Shown here one piece after another: positions 1-9,690 of a stretch of 64,000 bases of DNA. The translations under genes and the position numbers were made by a program. Each line of letters opens with the position of its first letter. Within the stretch, counting starts at the first letter, position 1. Source of the stretch: Chlamydiia bacterium (lineage in GTDB: Bacteria > Chlamydiota > Chlamydiia > Chlamydiales > RGXB01); the NCBI GenBank assembly GCA_040382515.1, contig JBEIFH010000003.1, positions 6,965 to 70,964 of the forward strand, given 5' to 3'. Under the pieces are notes generated by a model. It was given only the letters and a program-made list of their open reading frames with translations, ran no database searches and was not told the DNA's origin.

Positions 1-348
1 CTGTTTGAGGCGCCCGAGAAGGTTTGCCTAGAGAGAGTTCTGGAGCGGCTCGTTTGCACCGATTGCGGATATATCACTGCAAAAAAGCTTGGCTCTATAG
101 AGGGAGCGATTTGCCCCAAGTGTAAAAAACAAAAGCTTGGGCCCAGAATGAACGATACTCTCAAGGTCACATTAAAAAGGCTTAAGACTTACCATGAAGA
201 AATAAAGCCTCTGCTCCTCGAAACCTACAAAGGGGAGAATGTGATCATTTACAACAGTGATGTCACTTATGAGGCTTTGGCGAAGGATTTTTCAGCGCTT
301 CTTGAGAAATCTTGTTCTTTGATTGATTATAGAAAAGCAGCGCCTTGA
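1..348 (+). CDS. adk: adenylate kinase, C-terminal part (5' end lies outside the window)
   Basis: Frame 1 is open from base 1. The translation LVCTDCGYITAKKLGSIEGAICPKCKKQKLGPRMNDTLKVTLKRLKTYHEEIKPLLLETYK shows the CxxC...CxxC zinc LID and the R-x-D..RL..Y....PL..Y tail typical of Adk. Confidence 0.8.
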   Translation: MFEAPEKVCLERVLERLVCTDCGYITAKKLGSIEGAICPKCKKQKLGPRMNDTLKVTLKRLKTYHEEIKPLLLETYKGENVIIYNSDVTYEALAKDFSALLEKSCSLIDYRKAAP

Positions 349-1529
349 AATGAGGGAGATATATTTTTAGACTGGGTTAGAGAAACCTTGGAGTTTTGTC
401 CTATATTGTTTACAGACCCTTTTTCAACCCCCTTTTTCTGGTGAAAGTAGCGGACGAGGAAGGGGACTGCCGACATCGCTACAGAGGCTACCCCGATTGC
501 GATAGGGACTGCACCGAATGTAACTACGCTAGATAAAACGATTGAGGAGACAGCTAGGGCAATTTGAGCAACGTAAGCGACTTTTAACGCTGTAGAGATC
601 TCTTTTTTGTCATTGAGATCGTCTATCAAAAATTTGCCGTCAATACCTAACCACATTGCATTGACCGCAAGCGAAATGCCCATTCCGACCATTTTGATGA
701 TGGGTATCGCTATCGAGACGATATTGACTATGTCGGTGACAATAAAAGCAGCGAGGCAGACGCCGAATTTTTTTTGATTGCTTTTCAAGCTATCTTTGAT
801 TTCTTGATCTAGTTGAACGGTTTCTTTGGCATTTGGTTCAGAAAACGTTTTATAAATTTTATCGACCAAATCTCGAGACCCAAGAGCACGCGTGAGACGA
901 TCGATTTTACCTGCTTTGACATCTTCTGATTCGGCTTCACTAGGTTTAAGGTAGTTGTTGTAAATCTCGTTTGCGTCTTTGCACTTTTTAATGTTGGACA
1001 TGTCCCAGACTCTAAGACTGAAGGCCACTGTTCCGGAAAGTGTAGAGAGGGTTCCAAGGTAGGTAGAGGCTTTTTGCATGGTCATGGCTAGGGCTTGGCC
1101 GCTTTTAGATAAAATCAAGTAGGCAATTTGTGTCGCGACAGATGCTTGTTTTGCTAAAAAACGGACAATTTGCGAGCTATAAATTTTTTTCCCCTCAGTG
1201 TCTTTACGGGAGACGGCAGAAGATAAGTTCAAGGAGTGAAAGAAGACGCCGTAAACACTGGTCAGACCGCTTAAAGCAGACTGGGTATAATTTCCTTCAT
1301 CTGCGTTGACTGGATTCTCGGGGAGAATAGTTTGTTGGCTGGACGGTAGCTGGGCGACGACCCTTTCGCTCAATGTACATGCTGAAACTAAATCTCCCAG
1401 GGGAAAGGTTTGTTCGAGAGCGGAGCCTATAAAAGTATGGATTTTTTCTCTTGTAGAGACCGGTTTTTTAGAAACCGAACAGGGCGTTTCTTGAGGGAGG
1501 TTGACTTGTGTTACGTAAGATACTGACAT
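327..1529 (-). CDS. hypothetical membrane protein with two paired (bilobed) hydrophobic segments, Inc-like
   Basis: 400-aa ORF. Hydrophobic pairs are FGVCLAAFIVTDIVNIVSIAIPIIKMVGMGISLAVNAMWLGI and VAYVAQIALAVSSIVLSSVVTFGAVPIAIGVASVAMSAVPFLV. No recognisable enzymatic motif. Its 3' end overlaps the adk 3' end convergently. Confidence 0.6.
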   Translation of the reverse strand: MSVSYVTQVNLPQETPCSVSKKPVSTREKIHTFIGSALEQTFPLGDLVSACTLSERVVAQLPSSQQTILPENPVNADEGNYTQSALSGLTSVYGVFFHSLNLSSAVSRKDTEGKKIYSSQIVRFLAKQASVATQIAYLILSKSGQALAMTMQKASTYLGTLSTLSGTVAFSLRVWDMSNIKKCKDANEIYNNYLKPSEAESEDVKAGKIDRLTRALGSRDLVDKIYKTFSEPNAKETVQLDQEIKDSLKSNQKKFGVCLAAFIVTDIVNIVSIAIPIIKMVGMGISLAVNAMWLGIDGKFLIDDLNDKKEISTALKVAYVAQIALAVSSIVLSSVVTFGAVPIAIGVASVAMSAVPFLVRYFHQKKGVEKGSVNNIGQNSKVSLTQSKNISPSFQGAAFL

Positions 1530-1690
1530 TTTTTACCGCCCGGGTGTATACACACCCTTATTAGTACATTTATTATAACATATTTTTTAATATTTTTGCA
1601 GATTATTTATATCCCTAATTTACAGTATGTTAAATACTCTTGTACCCATTAAAAATTAGGGGGTTATAATAGACTCAGGGTCATAGGTTT

Positions 1691-2308
1691 TTAAGAATCG
1701 GTTGATCCTAGACAGGTTTTTTTACATTTATCTAAGAACAAAAGGGTTGAGGAGACAGCGCAGGCGACAGTAGAGGCAACCGGGCCGATGAGTTTTTGGG
1801 CTGTTGGGATGCTCAAGAGGGTCAGGTTGGAGCAGTTTTTTAAGTTGAGGCCGAGGTGCTGGTTTTTTAAAATATGCAGGTAGGCTAAAAGCCCTAGAAG
1901 GGCCATATTTGAATCACATAAGGAGTATCTGGAATCAGAACTGGGATTTAGGACTTTCATACACTCTATGCCCACCAGGACATCCGAGGCCAATTTCATC
2001 ACTTTTACGCTTTGTAACGTTATCTGCTTAAAATCTCTGGTGGCGAGCTTCTTTTTAAGTTTTTTCAACTCGCTGGGTATATACAACCCGCTGGACAAGT
2101 AGAAAATATTCGATACTAGACCTAGGCCGTTTAAAACGAAGGATTCCAGGGTTTTTGGGTCTGATAGAGATCCTTGAAGCGTATCCAAATCTAAAGCTGC
2201 GCCGATAGGGGCATCTTTAGGATACAAGCAGGGTGAAAACCACCTCTCGTAAAAAAAGGAACTCGTTGGACAGCAACAAGATAGATGGCTTTGTGGCATA
2301 CAATTCAA
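1691..2308 (-). CDS. hypothetical protein with hydrophobic segments
   Basis: 205-aa ORF flanked by AT-rich promoter-like DNA. No motif recognised. Confidence 0.45.
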   Translation of the reverse strand: MNCMPQSHLSCCCPTSSFFYERWFSPCLYPKDAPIGAALDLDTLQGSLSDPKTLESFVLNGLGLVSNIFYLSSGLYIPSELKKLKKKLATRDFKQITLQSVKVMKLASDVLVGIECMKVLNPSSDSRYSLCDSNMALLGLLAYLHILKNQHLGLNLKNCSNLTLLSIPTAQKLIGPVASTVACAVSSTLLFLDKCKKTCLGSTDS

Positions 2309-2486
2309 CCCTTTTAAGGGGATATTATAATGTATGTTATGTTTTTCGTTTAATAAAATTTGATATAATTGCTTTTTTTGAACTGTTTTGACAACAATAT
2401 TTTTTTAAATTGGAATGATTAACGATTCAAATGTACGGTTGATCAATTAGAAGTTCTGTTTGTTTTCTACTAATGTATAGATTTTT

Positions 2487-3242
2487 TTGTGCCCCCTCTT
2501 TAAGATAAACCGCAATTTTATCTTTATTGGTCACTTAATGATATCTACAGGAAGTTTAAACTCTTCAGAACGTGCTGTGTGCGTCGCTCAAAATAGGCTA
2601 GATAGCGAATTTGTTCAAAAAGAGGCCAAGGGGTCTAAATTTCAAACCTCAAGTCTTGAGCAAAGCCTCAACGATGGTGACTGGATGCCACTCATGAAAA
2701 CTTTATGGAGTGACGAGGAGGGGACACAAGCATTAAGGTGGTTAAGAGATAAAGAGAAAGATTTTTTGCCCGTGCTTCTCTACGAGCAATCGATGCTCGA
2801 ATATTTGAAAAAACCGACTTTAGAGACGGCAAGTAGGATTAGTATTCCGTTGATTGTGACCGCAACTTTGAGCTTGAGGGTACAACAAAGTTTTGTCCTT
2901 GATGAGGCTCTTGTAGATGTAAACATCGCTAATACACTTGAGGAGCAGTACCTGGAAAATCTCAATCAATTGATCGGGCGTGTTCACAAGACCTCGTTGG
3001 CTGAGATGGTGCTCTTATCCGATTGCTCTGTGCACATCCTAGATAAAGTCAAACAGTTTTCGGAAAAAAAAGATTTCCCAAAACAAAAAACTTTCTTTTG
3101 GCTTATCCGCGATCCTTCAAAAGCCGGGTGTTTTCACCCCGTTGAGGGATGGAGGGATTCGGGCGATCTTGTGGTGCAAAGCTGGGTTCAAGAATGGACG
3201 CCGGGTGCAAGTTCCTTGAGATTTTTCGAAAGAAGATCATAA
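2487..3242 (+). CDS. hypothetical protein
   Basis: 251-aa ORF with a TTG start in the track. An in-frame ATG at about 2538 (MISTGSLNSS) is a more likely start. No motif recognised. Confidence 0.45.
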   Translation: MCPLFKINRNFIFIGHLMISTGSLNSSERAVCVAQNRLDSEFVQKEAKGSKFQTSSLEQSLNDGDWMPLMKTLWSDEEGTQALRWLRDKEKDFLPVLLYEQSMLEYLKKPTLETASRISIPLIVTATLSLRVQQSFVLDEALVDVNIANTLEEQYLENLNQLIGRVHKTSLAEMVLLSDCSVHILDKVKQFSEKKDFPKQKTFFWLIRDPSKAGCFHPVEGWRDSGDLVVQSWVQEWTPGASSLRFFERRS

Positions 3243-3300
3243 AAAAGCAAAAATCTTGAAAAAAAGCGGCGATCGAAATCTGTTTCATGAAGGTTAAATT

Positions 3301-6222
3301 ATGACTATTCCTAAAATCAACCATTGGGCCCGCTGGATCGAATTGGGACAAGACTTTCCCGGACGAAAAGACTCTTTAGACATTAGCCAGGTATCCGATC
3401 TAGTCCAAGAATTGCAAAAGAAGTTCTCGAGTTCGCCTACAGCAAAGAGTCTTTACTCCGGCTTGATCGAGGTTGCCCAAAAGCTTCTTCCTGCTCCGGA
3501 ACTTGGTTTTGGGTTAGCCGTGACGCCCGAGATAGCTTGCAACACCTACTATGGGGGTTTTCATAATAGATTAAAGGTTCTCCCTCTTAAGGATGGGGAT
3601 ATTTGCATGAGCGCCCAGGCCTTTAGGTTAGCTCTTATAGGGAAAGCTGTTTTTGGAGAATCTGAGAAAAGTCAACTTTTTTACGCCCTTGGGACCAAGG
3701 AAAAAAAATATATCTTAAGAAGACAGCCCGATCTTTTACCTTTTAGAACAGATTTGCCTAATTTGGTGGGGAACTCTTCTTTAGTAGAAATTTTATGGGG
3801 TAACAATTCCCCGATGGATCTCTTACATGATGCGGCCCTTTTTGGGGGAGACGCTCTTATCGAGGCGCTTGAGATACTCAAAACGATGGTCCCCCAGCTT
3901 TGTAAAGAAGAGGCGTTCAATTTACAAAAAATATTGTCTAGCTACCCGTTAGGCATGTTTATCGATGCCCCGAAAAAAGAGTTCATGGCCTATCTTTTGG
4001 TGCGCCATCAATTAGAGCTTTTTAAAGGGGGAGAAATACCGGATGGGGATATCTGTCATTTATTTGATTTGATGAATGACTATTGCAACGGACCGGGGTC
4101 TCAAAAAGGGCTTTATTCTCTGATTTTGCCCGAAAATCCCTTAAGAAGGGGAGAGACCCTTCTATTTTGGTTGAAAGAACGGAGAATAAAAGAGGTGCAT
4201 ATGCATCTCACCTCTATAGATAAAATCTATAGTTGCAACCAACTTGGCTTAGGAAAAAAGGCCCATAACCCCGCCCGGCTGATGGAAGAATATGACGCCA
4301 TGTCAGTTGAGGATAAAAAGGGATTTATTCTTAAAATCATTTTTCATGGAAAAATTGAGGCCTTGCAAGGGGCATCAAGGGCCGAATTCATCCAAAAGGT
4401 TGAAGAGAGGGAAAAAAACGATCGTCCATGGTCGGCGCTCCTAAAACTCGCACTTTTTTGTGTTGATTTTCAGCTACCTCAAGTGGAAAAAGGGACCTAC
4501 CTGGCGATTTCAGATGTGTGCGATAGGAAGCTTTTGGATGAGATTCATGAGTTGGAAAATCAAGACAAAATATGGTTTCTTGAGACGTTTTTAATGCATA
4601 AAGGGTGCGCCGGCTATTTTTTAAGAACCGGTAAATTTCTCATCCTCCAAGCTCTTTTTAGCGGTATTAGAGATGCATTAGGTTCTAGTGTCGATATGAA
4701 CCCCCTTTTAAGGGACTATGTAGATAGAATTTTAGAGATTTGTCCCGTCGAGCATGTCTCTTTAGCTCTTACGAGCCTTGGGTGCAGGGAGAAACTTGCC
4801 GTTTGTCTTAAACAATATGTGAAAAGGAACTTAACTAACGGCGTATTCGATGAAAATGTAGCACGCACTTGTAAGAAGTTTTTTGAGGTTTCGCAAGAGG
4901 GGATTGCCTTTATTCTATCTATCGCGATTTTAGAAACTAAAACCGATAAATTCGTTTTAAATGAACCCTGTTTTTCTAAAAGCATTCCAGAAAGATATCA
5001 AGAAGAGATCCAATTGCTAGAGATGCTGTTGCAACCCTTAGCAGAGCTGACTTTTGATCCGTTGAGCAGGACGATGCAAAGGCTCCCTTTAGGCTTGAAA
5101 GAGCTTTTAATGGAGGATTCATCCTTTAGCTCCTTTTTTGAAAAAGAGGTGATGGGCAGGGTGTTGTCCCTTTATAAGCAGGGCTGCGTTTTACCGGAGG
5201 AGATGTTTTTTTTAGCAACAAAACTCCCTTATCCTACTTTTTTGGAGGTTGCTGAAAAATGCCCTATCGTAAGTCCCGAACTCCATCCGGAAATCACGCT
5301 TTATGGCACAACGACCAGCATCTCCAATCACATAATAAGTTTTTTTATGATGATTCTTGAGGGAGATGATTTTGCCCAAGAAGATCTACGCAAATTCTTG
5401 AATCGCTATCCAAAGATGGTAAGCGGAGAGGGGAGATGGATCCAATATCTGGCCCGTCATGTACCAATTTTGTTTTCACAAGGGGCGATTGAAAAAATTT
5501 TCGAACTTTTGCCGATGGATCTGGTCCCATTTATGGTCCAATTCGTGCTGCCTGAGCACCAAGAGTGGCTTTTAGACTCACGTTTTGAGGCTATCTACAC
5601 CAAAAATATTGATAAATTTTCTGTTGGGGTACTTGCTTGGCTTCTTGAGAATTTAGAACAGTGGTTTTTGGTACGAAGGGATGTGATCGAATACACTCTG
5701 TTTTTGTGGGAGAGGCCAAGAAGAAATCTGAAAGCAAAGCTGGATCTTTTGGAGGAGACGAAAAACCTGTTTTGCATTTTTTTTCAGCGGTTTTCTACAC
5801 TGCAATCGCTGCATCAAAAGCTAAGGGGAAAACCCGGATCTGAAAAACTGTCAGCTCTTTTAGAGGAATTGGGGCAGATCAAGGGGGTGATAACCCCTTG
5901 GTATGAAAAGATGGACACGATCGATTTGGAATCGATCAGCGATATCGTGAATGGGGAGATTTTGGAGGGGGAGATCTACGCATTGGAGGGGAAGGGTTGG
6001 ATTTCAAAAAAGACCCGAGATCGGTTAGATGAAAACCCTTTTACTAAGATCCCTTTTTTATCCCAAGAAGATAAGGACCAACGAGTGCCCCCATTAAACC
6101 AAGAGGAGCTCAGGCAATTGGATGAAAATAGAGGGAAAATCGTCATTCAAATCACTGAGCTAAGAAATGCAATCACCGAAAAAGGGGGAAATAAAAAACG
6201 GATGACCATAGACTTAAGCTAA
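3301..6222 (+). CDS. large hypothetical protein (973 aa), candidate secreted effector
   Basis: Long uninterrupted ORF with no transmembrane segments or housekeeping motifs. It sits among Inc-like and kinase genes. Confidence 0.7.
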   Translation: MTIPKINHWARWIELGQDFPGRKDSLDISQVSDLVQELQKKFSSSPTAKSLYSGLIEVAQKLLPAPELGFGLAVTPEIACNTYYGGFHNRLKVLPLKDGDICMSAQAFRLALIGKAVFGESEKSQLFYALGTKEKKYILRRQPDLLPFRTDLPNLVGNSSLVEILWGNNSPMDLLHDAALFGGDALIEALEILKTMVPQLCKEEAFNLQKILSSYPLGMFIDAPKKEFMAYLLVRHQLELFKGGEIPDGDICHLFDLMNDYCNGPGSQKGLYSLILPENPLRRGETLLFWLKERRIKEVHMHLTSIDKIYSCNQLGLGKKAHNPARLMEEYDAMSVEDKKGFILKIIFHGKIEALQGASRAEFIQKVEEREKNDRPWSALLKLALFCVDFQLPQVEKGTYLAISDVCDRKLLDEIHELENQDKIWFLETFLMHKGCAGYFLRTGKFLILQALFSGIRDALGSSVDMNPLLRDYVDRILEICPVEHVSLALTSLGCREKLAVCLKQYVKRNLTNGVFDENVARTCKKFFEVSQEGIAFILSIAILETKTDKFVLNEPCFSKSIPERYQEEIQLLEMLLQPLAELTFDPLSRTMQRLPLGLKELLMEDSSFSSFFEKEVMGRVLSLYKQGCVLPEEMFFLATKLPYPTFLEVAEKCPIVSPELHPEITLYGTTTSISNHIISFFMMILEGDDFAQEDLRKFLNRYPKMVSGEGRWIQYLARHVPILFSQGAIEKIFELLPMDLVPFMVQFVLPEHQEWLLDSRFEAIYTKNIDKFSVGVLAWLLENLEQWFLVRRDVIEYTLFLWERPRRNLKAKLDLLEETKNLFCIFFQRFSTLQSLHQKLRGKPGSEKLSALLEELGQIKGVITPWYEKMDTIDLESISDIVNGEILEGEIYALEGKGWISKKTRDRLDENPFTKIPFLSQEDKDQRVPPLNQEELRQLDENRGKIVIQITELRNAITEKGGNKKRMTIDLS

Positions 6223-6601
6223 AAAAGTGTGGAATCAACCCACACCGCTTTTCGATTTAATATCTATTTTATCTCTAACCGGTTTTTTGCATCACGTCGA
6301 TTAGGTGTTGAAAACCCTGACCATTTCATGAATGCGCTAGCCGTGCTATTTTTACAAATAAGATCGATTTCTATTGATGAGGGGTAATTAGGGCCCTATC
6401 AAAATAAAAAGGGTGTATCAAACACCCCTTCTCACCTGTCTATCTCTAACAATCCCTCGGATGGAACTTTTTACCTAGACGATTGCTGGGGGGCCGTTTT
6501 TCTCTTTAATAGGCAGCCTCGAAGGCCTAAAAACACCACGAATGATTTATAAATGCCTATGCCTCAGCGGTTAAGAGCAGGTTTTTTTCACCTCTATTTT
6601 A

Positions 6602-6630
6602 TTGAAAAATTATTTATAAAATGATATAAT
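6602..6630 (+). promoter_or_regulatory. sigma-70-type promoter with extended -10
   Basis: TTGAAA (6602-6607), 17-nt spacer ending in TGa, TATAAT (6625-6630). It lies 28 nt upstream of the ATG at 6658, which is preceded by a G-rich RBS (AGGGGGG). Confidence 0.6.
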
Positions 6631-6657
6631 AATTAAAAGGTTTAGGGGGGTAAAACC

Positions 6658-7839
6658 ATGACACCTAGTATAGGACAGGATCTGGGTTGCGATTCTACCG
6701 GTTTACAGGTAAAAAGGCCCCGATCTTCATCGCCCACTGACAGTAAAATTTGTAAAATTGCCAAGCCTATTCTCCCTGAGGATGCGTTGCCGGTATTCCA
6801 AAATATGTATAATAAAGCGACCTATCACAAACCCCAAATCGTAAAATTGGAACATTTAAAACCAGTAGATTTACTGGTACGCAAAAGTGGCACTTTAGCC
6901 GATCAAAGGATTAGTGGATATATATCAGGAAAACTTATTGCTAAAGGGGCAGAAAGCGAATTTTTTCCTGTAGTCTCAAAGGAGGTTGAAAAATACCTTT
7001 TAGGTAGGTCAATCCATGCGTTTAATTCTACTTCAGTTCCTCAAATAGCCCAAAAAGTGGGTAAAATTGCCTCCTCGTGCGCTTTTGCGCCTCAAGAAGT
7101 TTCGCCTGGAATGAAATCTGAAGCTATTTTTAAATATCAATTGGTAGAACATGCAAGTGAGGGGGACTTAAGAAATTTTTTAAGACGAAAAGATCTTTCT
7201 GAACGGGAAAATAACGCAATCCCCAATTTAGGTCTACAGCTCTTAGAAAAGACTTTAATTCTGCATCAAGACGGAGGGGCACATTGCGATATTAAACCTG
7301 CAAACCTTCTTGTTGATAAAAGAGACGGAGTGCCGGAGCTCTTCATCGGGGATTTTGGAATGTACACTAGAGAGAAATTAAAATCTGGTCGGTGTGGAAC
7401 AAGTGGTTATCGTGGACCTGAGGCAAGCGAATTCTTTAAATTTTTTGATAAGGAATTTAAAAATCAAAGTGTCTATACCCCACAAAATTACGATCCCAAA
7501 AGTCTGGATCGGTATGCAGTCGGTGTCAGTTTGTTCGAATTATTGACAAAAGGATCGCTTGCGACTGCGATTACACAATGGTACGAGGCTAATAAAACGA
7601 TGGCAGAAGAGACCTCTGTCTACACAGAAAGGGATTTTCAAGTATTTCGACAAAAGAAAATAGATTCCTTTTTGGATCAATATATCCTTAGAGCAGTTGC
7701 AGGGTCGCTGATTCAAGTACCCCAATTTGCAAAGGTGATCAGGGGGCTGATCCAAGAGATGCCTAAGGACCGTATTCCTCTCGAGCAGGCAATTGCCCTT
7801 TGGAAAGAGGGTTTAGAGCAGATAAAAAAGGATTCCTAG
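6658..7839 (+). CDS. eukaryote-like Ser/Thr protein kinase
   Basis: Catalytic loop HCDIKPANLLV, IGDFG, activation segment GTSGYRGPE, and a Gly-rich stretch GKLIAKGAESEF. The N-terminus carries a KRPRSSSP basic patch. Confidence 0.85.
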   Translation: MTPSIGQDLGCDSTGLQVKRPRSSSPTDSKICKIAKPILPEDALPVFQNMYNKATYHKPQIVKLEHLKPVDLLVRKSGTLADQRISGYISGKLIAKGAESEFFPVVSKEVEKYLLGRSIHAFNSTSVPQIAQKVGKIASSCAFAPQEVSPGMKSEAIFKYQLVEHASEGDLRNFLRRKDLSERENNAIPNLGLQLLEKTLILHQDGGAHCDIKPANLLVDKRDGVPELFIGDFGMYTREKLKSGRCGTSGYRGPEASEFFKFFDKEFKNQSVYTPQNYDPKSLDRYAVGVSLFELLTKGSLATAITQWYEANKTMAEETSVYTERDFQVFRQKKIDSFLDQYILRAVAGSLIQVPQFAKVIRGLIQEMPKDRIPLEQAIALWKEGLEQIKKDS

Positions 7840-7901
7840 GTAGTCCGGCAAATAGCCGGTAAGGGCGCTTTAAGGGCGTTAACAACCGCCAACAAAAGTA
7901 T

Positions 7902-8016
7902 GGTTCGACCAAGTGGTTGCTCTGCTTGTTTTTAGAAAGTAGGCCTCTAGACTCACCTCGCTAAGCGATAAACCTAAATAGATCTCCTTTTCGAGCTTGC
8001 GATATAAATTGTCGCG
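7902..8016. repeat. dispersed repeat, copy 1 (second copy at 16092-16202)
   Basis: ggttcg..ctctgcttgtttttagaaagtaggcctctagact..cctcgc.a.gcgataaacctaaatagatctcc....gagc.tgcgatataaattgtcgc recurs with a few mismatches. Confidence 0.75.
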
Positions 8017-8240
8017 TTGCGATTGCAAAAAATCCAATCCCAGCTTTAGAGCCTTTTGCAATGGTACAAAATACGCCTCAGCAGAGAATTAGTCAGCCGA
8101 CGATGGCTGTGGCTTTGATTTAACGCTGTCCTAGCTAGCTAGTTTGTCATTAAAAAACTGGGGGGTAAAGCCTTTCTCTCTGTTGATTTCTTTATTAAGA
8201 TCGGCTAGCATATTCCAATGCTGTTTTACAGGGAATACTT

Positions 8241-9176
8241 ATGACTACGACCTCTGCCACCTCGATCATGAGCTCTTTTGACCATATGTTAACAGTTTAT
8301 AGAGGGGAAACTTCTCTTGAGACTTTAGAGAAAATAGAAAGGCAGGAGGTTCATACCGAAAAGGGGGTTAGAGTCTTTATCCGTTACAGCGGGTCTCTTT
8401 TGGAATCCTCACGATTTAAACTCTATGCATGCTGTAAAGAGTCTAAAGAATCGCATTGGAAAAAATACGCTTTACTAAGCGCTCACTCATCAGCTAGTGA
8501 GTTATTCAGCGAAGAGGCTTTAGCGCTCCACAAAGAGGCCGCAAGAGAGGGGATAGCATTGAAAATCCAAAAATTCAGCACCCCACTAGAAAAAGGTTAT
8601 TATTCGCACTTTGCCTTTTATGGAGATCTTCTTCAGCTATTGGGTAATGCAGAGGAGCTTCATGAGGAATCTAAGCTTTTTTTTGCCAAAAAAATCATCG
8701 ATCTGGTCGACCGATTGCACCGTTTGAACATAGCCCATCAAGACATCAAACTTGAAAATATTTTGGTCGATCAGGGTAACGAGGGCGGGCTAGTGTTTTA
8801 TCTTCATAATTTTACTTTTGCGACCAAAAATGAAACCACCACGGTACTTTGCGGGTCTGAAAACTATCTTCCGATGTACGATAGAATCTCTCATGTGGTT
8901 CACCCGAAACTGAAGGATCTATTTTCTCTGGGCGTGCTCCTTTTCAGCCTTTTTACCAAAAAAATGTGGGAGGATGAGCAGAAGCACATCCCCATGGAAT
9001 GGAAGCGAAATCCCATGAGGTATTCGGTATTGATTGAGGAGGAATATAAAAAAATTCTTGAGCGCCACCTTGATCAAATACCACGACGAATGGTCCCGTT
9101 ACTGGAGGGGTTTTTAAGAGTATGCCCATTCGATCGCATACACGCGGACGTAGCCAACCATTTTTTAGAAAAATAG
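8241..9176 (+). CDS. protein-kinase-like protein with atypical or degenerate catalytic motifs
   Basis: HQDIKLENILVD catalytic-loop-like motif. Where DFG is expected it reads HNFTFAT. No clear Gly-rich loop. CGSENYLPMYD replaces the APE segment. Confidence 0.7.
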   Translation: MTTTSATSIMSSFDHMLTVYRGETSLETLEKIERQEVHTEKGVRVFIRYSGSLLESSRFKLYACCKESKESHWKKYALLSAHSSASELFSEEALALHKEAAREGIALKIQKFSTPLEKGYYSHFAFYGDLLQLLGNAEELHEESKLFFAKKIIDLVDRLHRLNIAHQDIKLENILVDQGNEGGLVFYLHNFTFATKNETTTVLCGSENYLPMYDRISHVVHPKLKDLFSLGVLLFSLFTKKMWEDEQKHIPMEWKRNPMRYSVLIEEEYKKILERHLDQIPRRMVPLLEGFLRVCPFDRIHADVANHFLEK

Positions 9177-9470
9177 AAGGGCAAATCGCTTGAGTTCCTA
9201 GAAGAAAGCCCCCCTTTGCTAGCCCCGTCTTTAGCTCTAGATTTTAGTTTCATCCTAGTCAATCTGTAGGGATCTTAATCATTTAAATTGCAATTTTTTC
9301 TCCCTCTTTTTTTTCAAAATATGTCAAACATCCCCCCCCTAAAGGCTCAGTTAGCCATATTCAAGGACTATACCCAGCAGGAGGATCGGCGCTAGACCCC
9401 CTGATCGGTCAGGTACAGGCGGTTGCTCAATCCGTCTTGTCAAATATATCTTTATTCCCCGCTATGATAG

Positions 9471-9677
9471 GTCATTCAAGGGCTTCCTACAAATAGTCAC
9501 ATACCGCAGTTAAATGAAGATATTAGAGCGGACGAGCTATGTTGGGCAGCACGACATGGGGAACTCAAGGAGGTTCAGGCGCTTCTTGCAAATGGTCGCA
9601 TTTCTGAAGATGCTCGCGGGCAGGCTGTAATCCTGGCAGCAAAAGGTGGGCATCTTGAGGTTATTCACCAGGATTAG
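9471..9677 (+). pseudogene. ankyrin-repeat gene fragment
   Basis: The frame is open only from 9471 and has no ATG/GTG/TTG start. The translation ELCWAARHGELKEVQALLANGRISEDARGQAVILAAKGGHLEVIHQD fits the ANK consensus (L..AA..G.LEVV..LL..G). Confidence 0.5.
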
Positions 9678-9690
9678 GAAGTTTACGAAC

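Noticed and set aside
1541-1556. Hairpin gggtgtatacacaccc, and the similar gggtgtatcaaacaccc at about 6411-6427, considered as a shared regulatory element
   Set aside because: These are two short GC-poor palindromes in different contexts: one in a 5' leader, the other ~230 nt upstream of the kinase. That is too little to call a motif family.
5935-6060. Possible U-box-like segment at the C-terminus of the 973-aa protein (GEIYALEGKGWISKKTRDRLDENPFTKIPF versus G.TY.R..I..W......DPFT..PL)
   Set aside because: Only the Y...W and (D/N)PFT..P(L/F) pieces match. The N-terminal half of the U-box is missing or shortened and the spacing is off by several residues. I cannot support it without a profile search.
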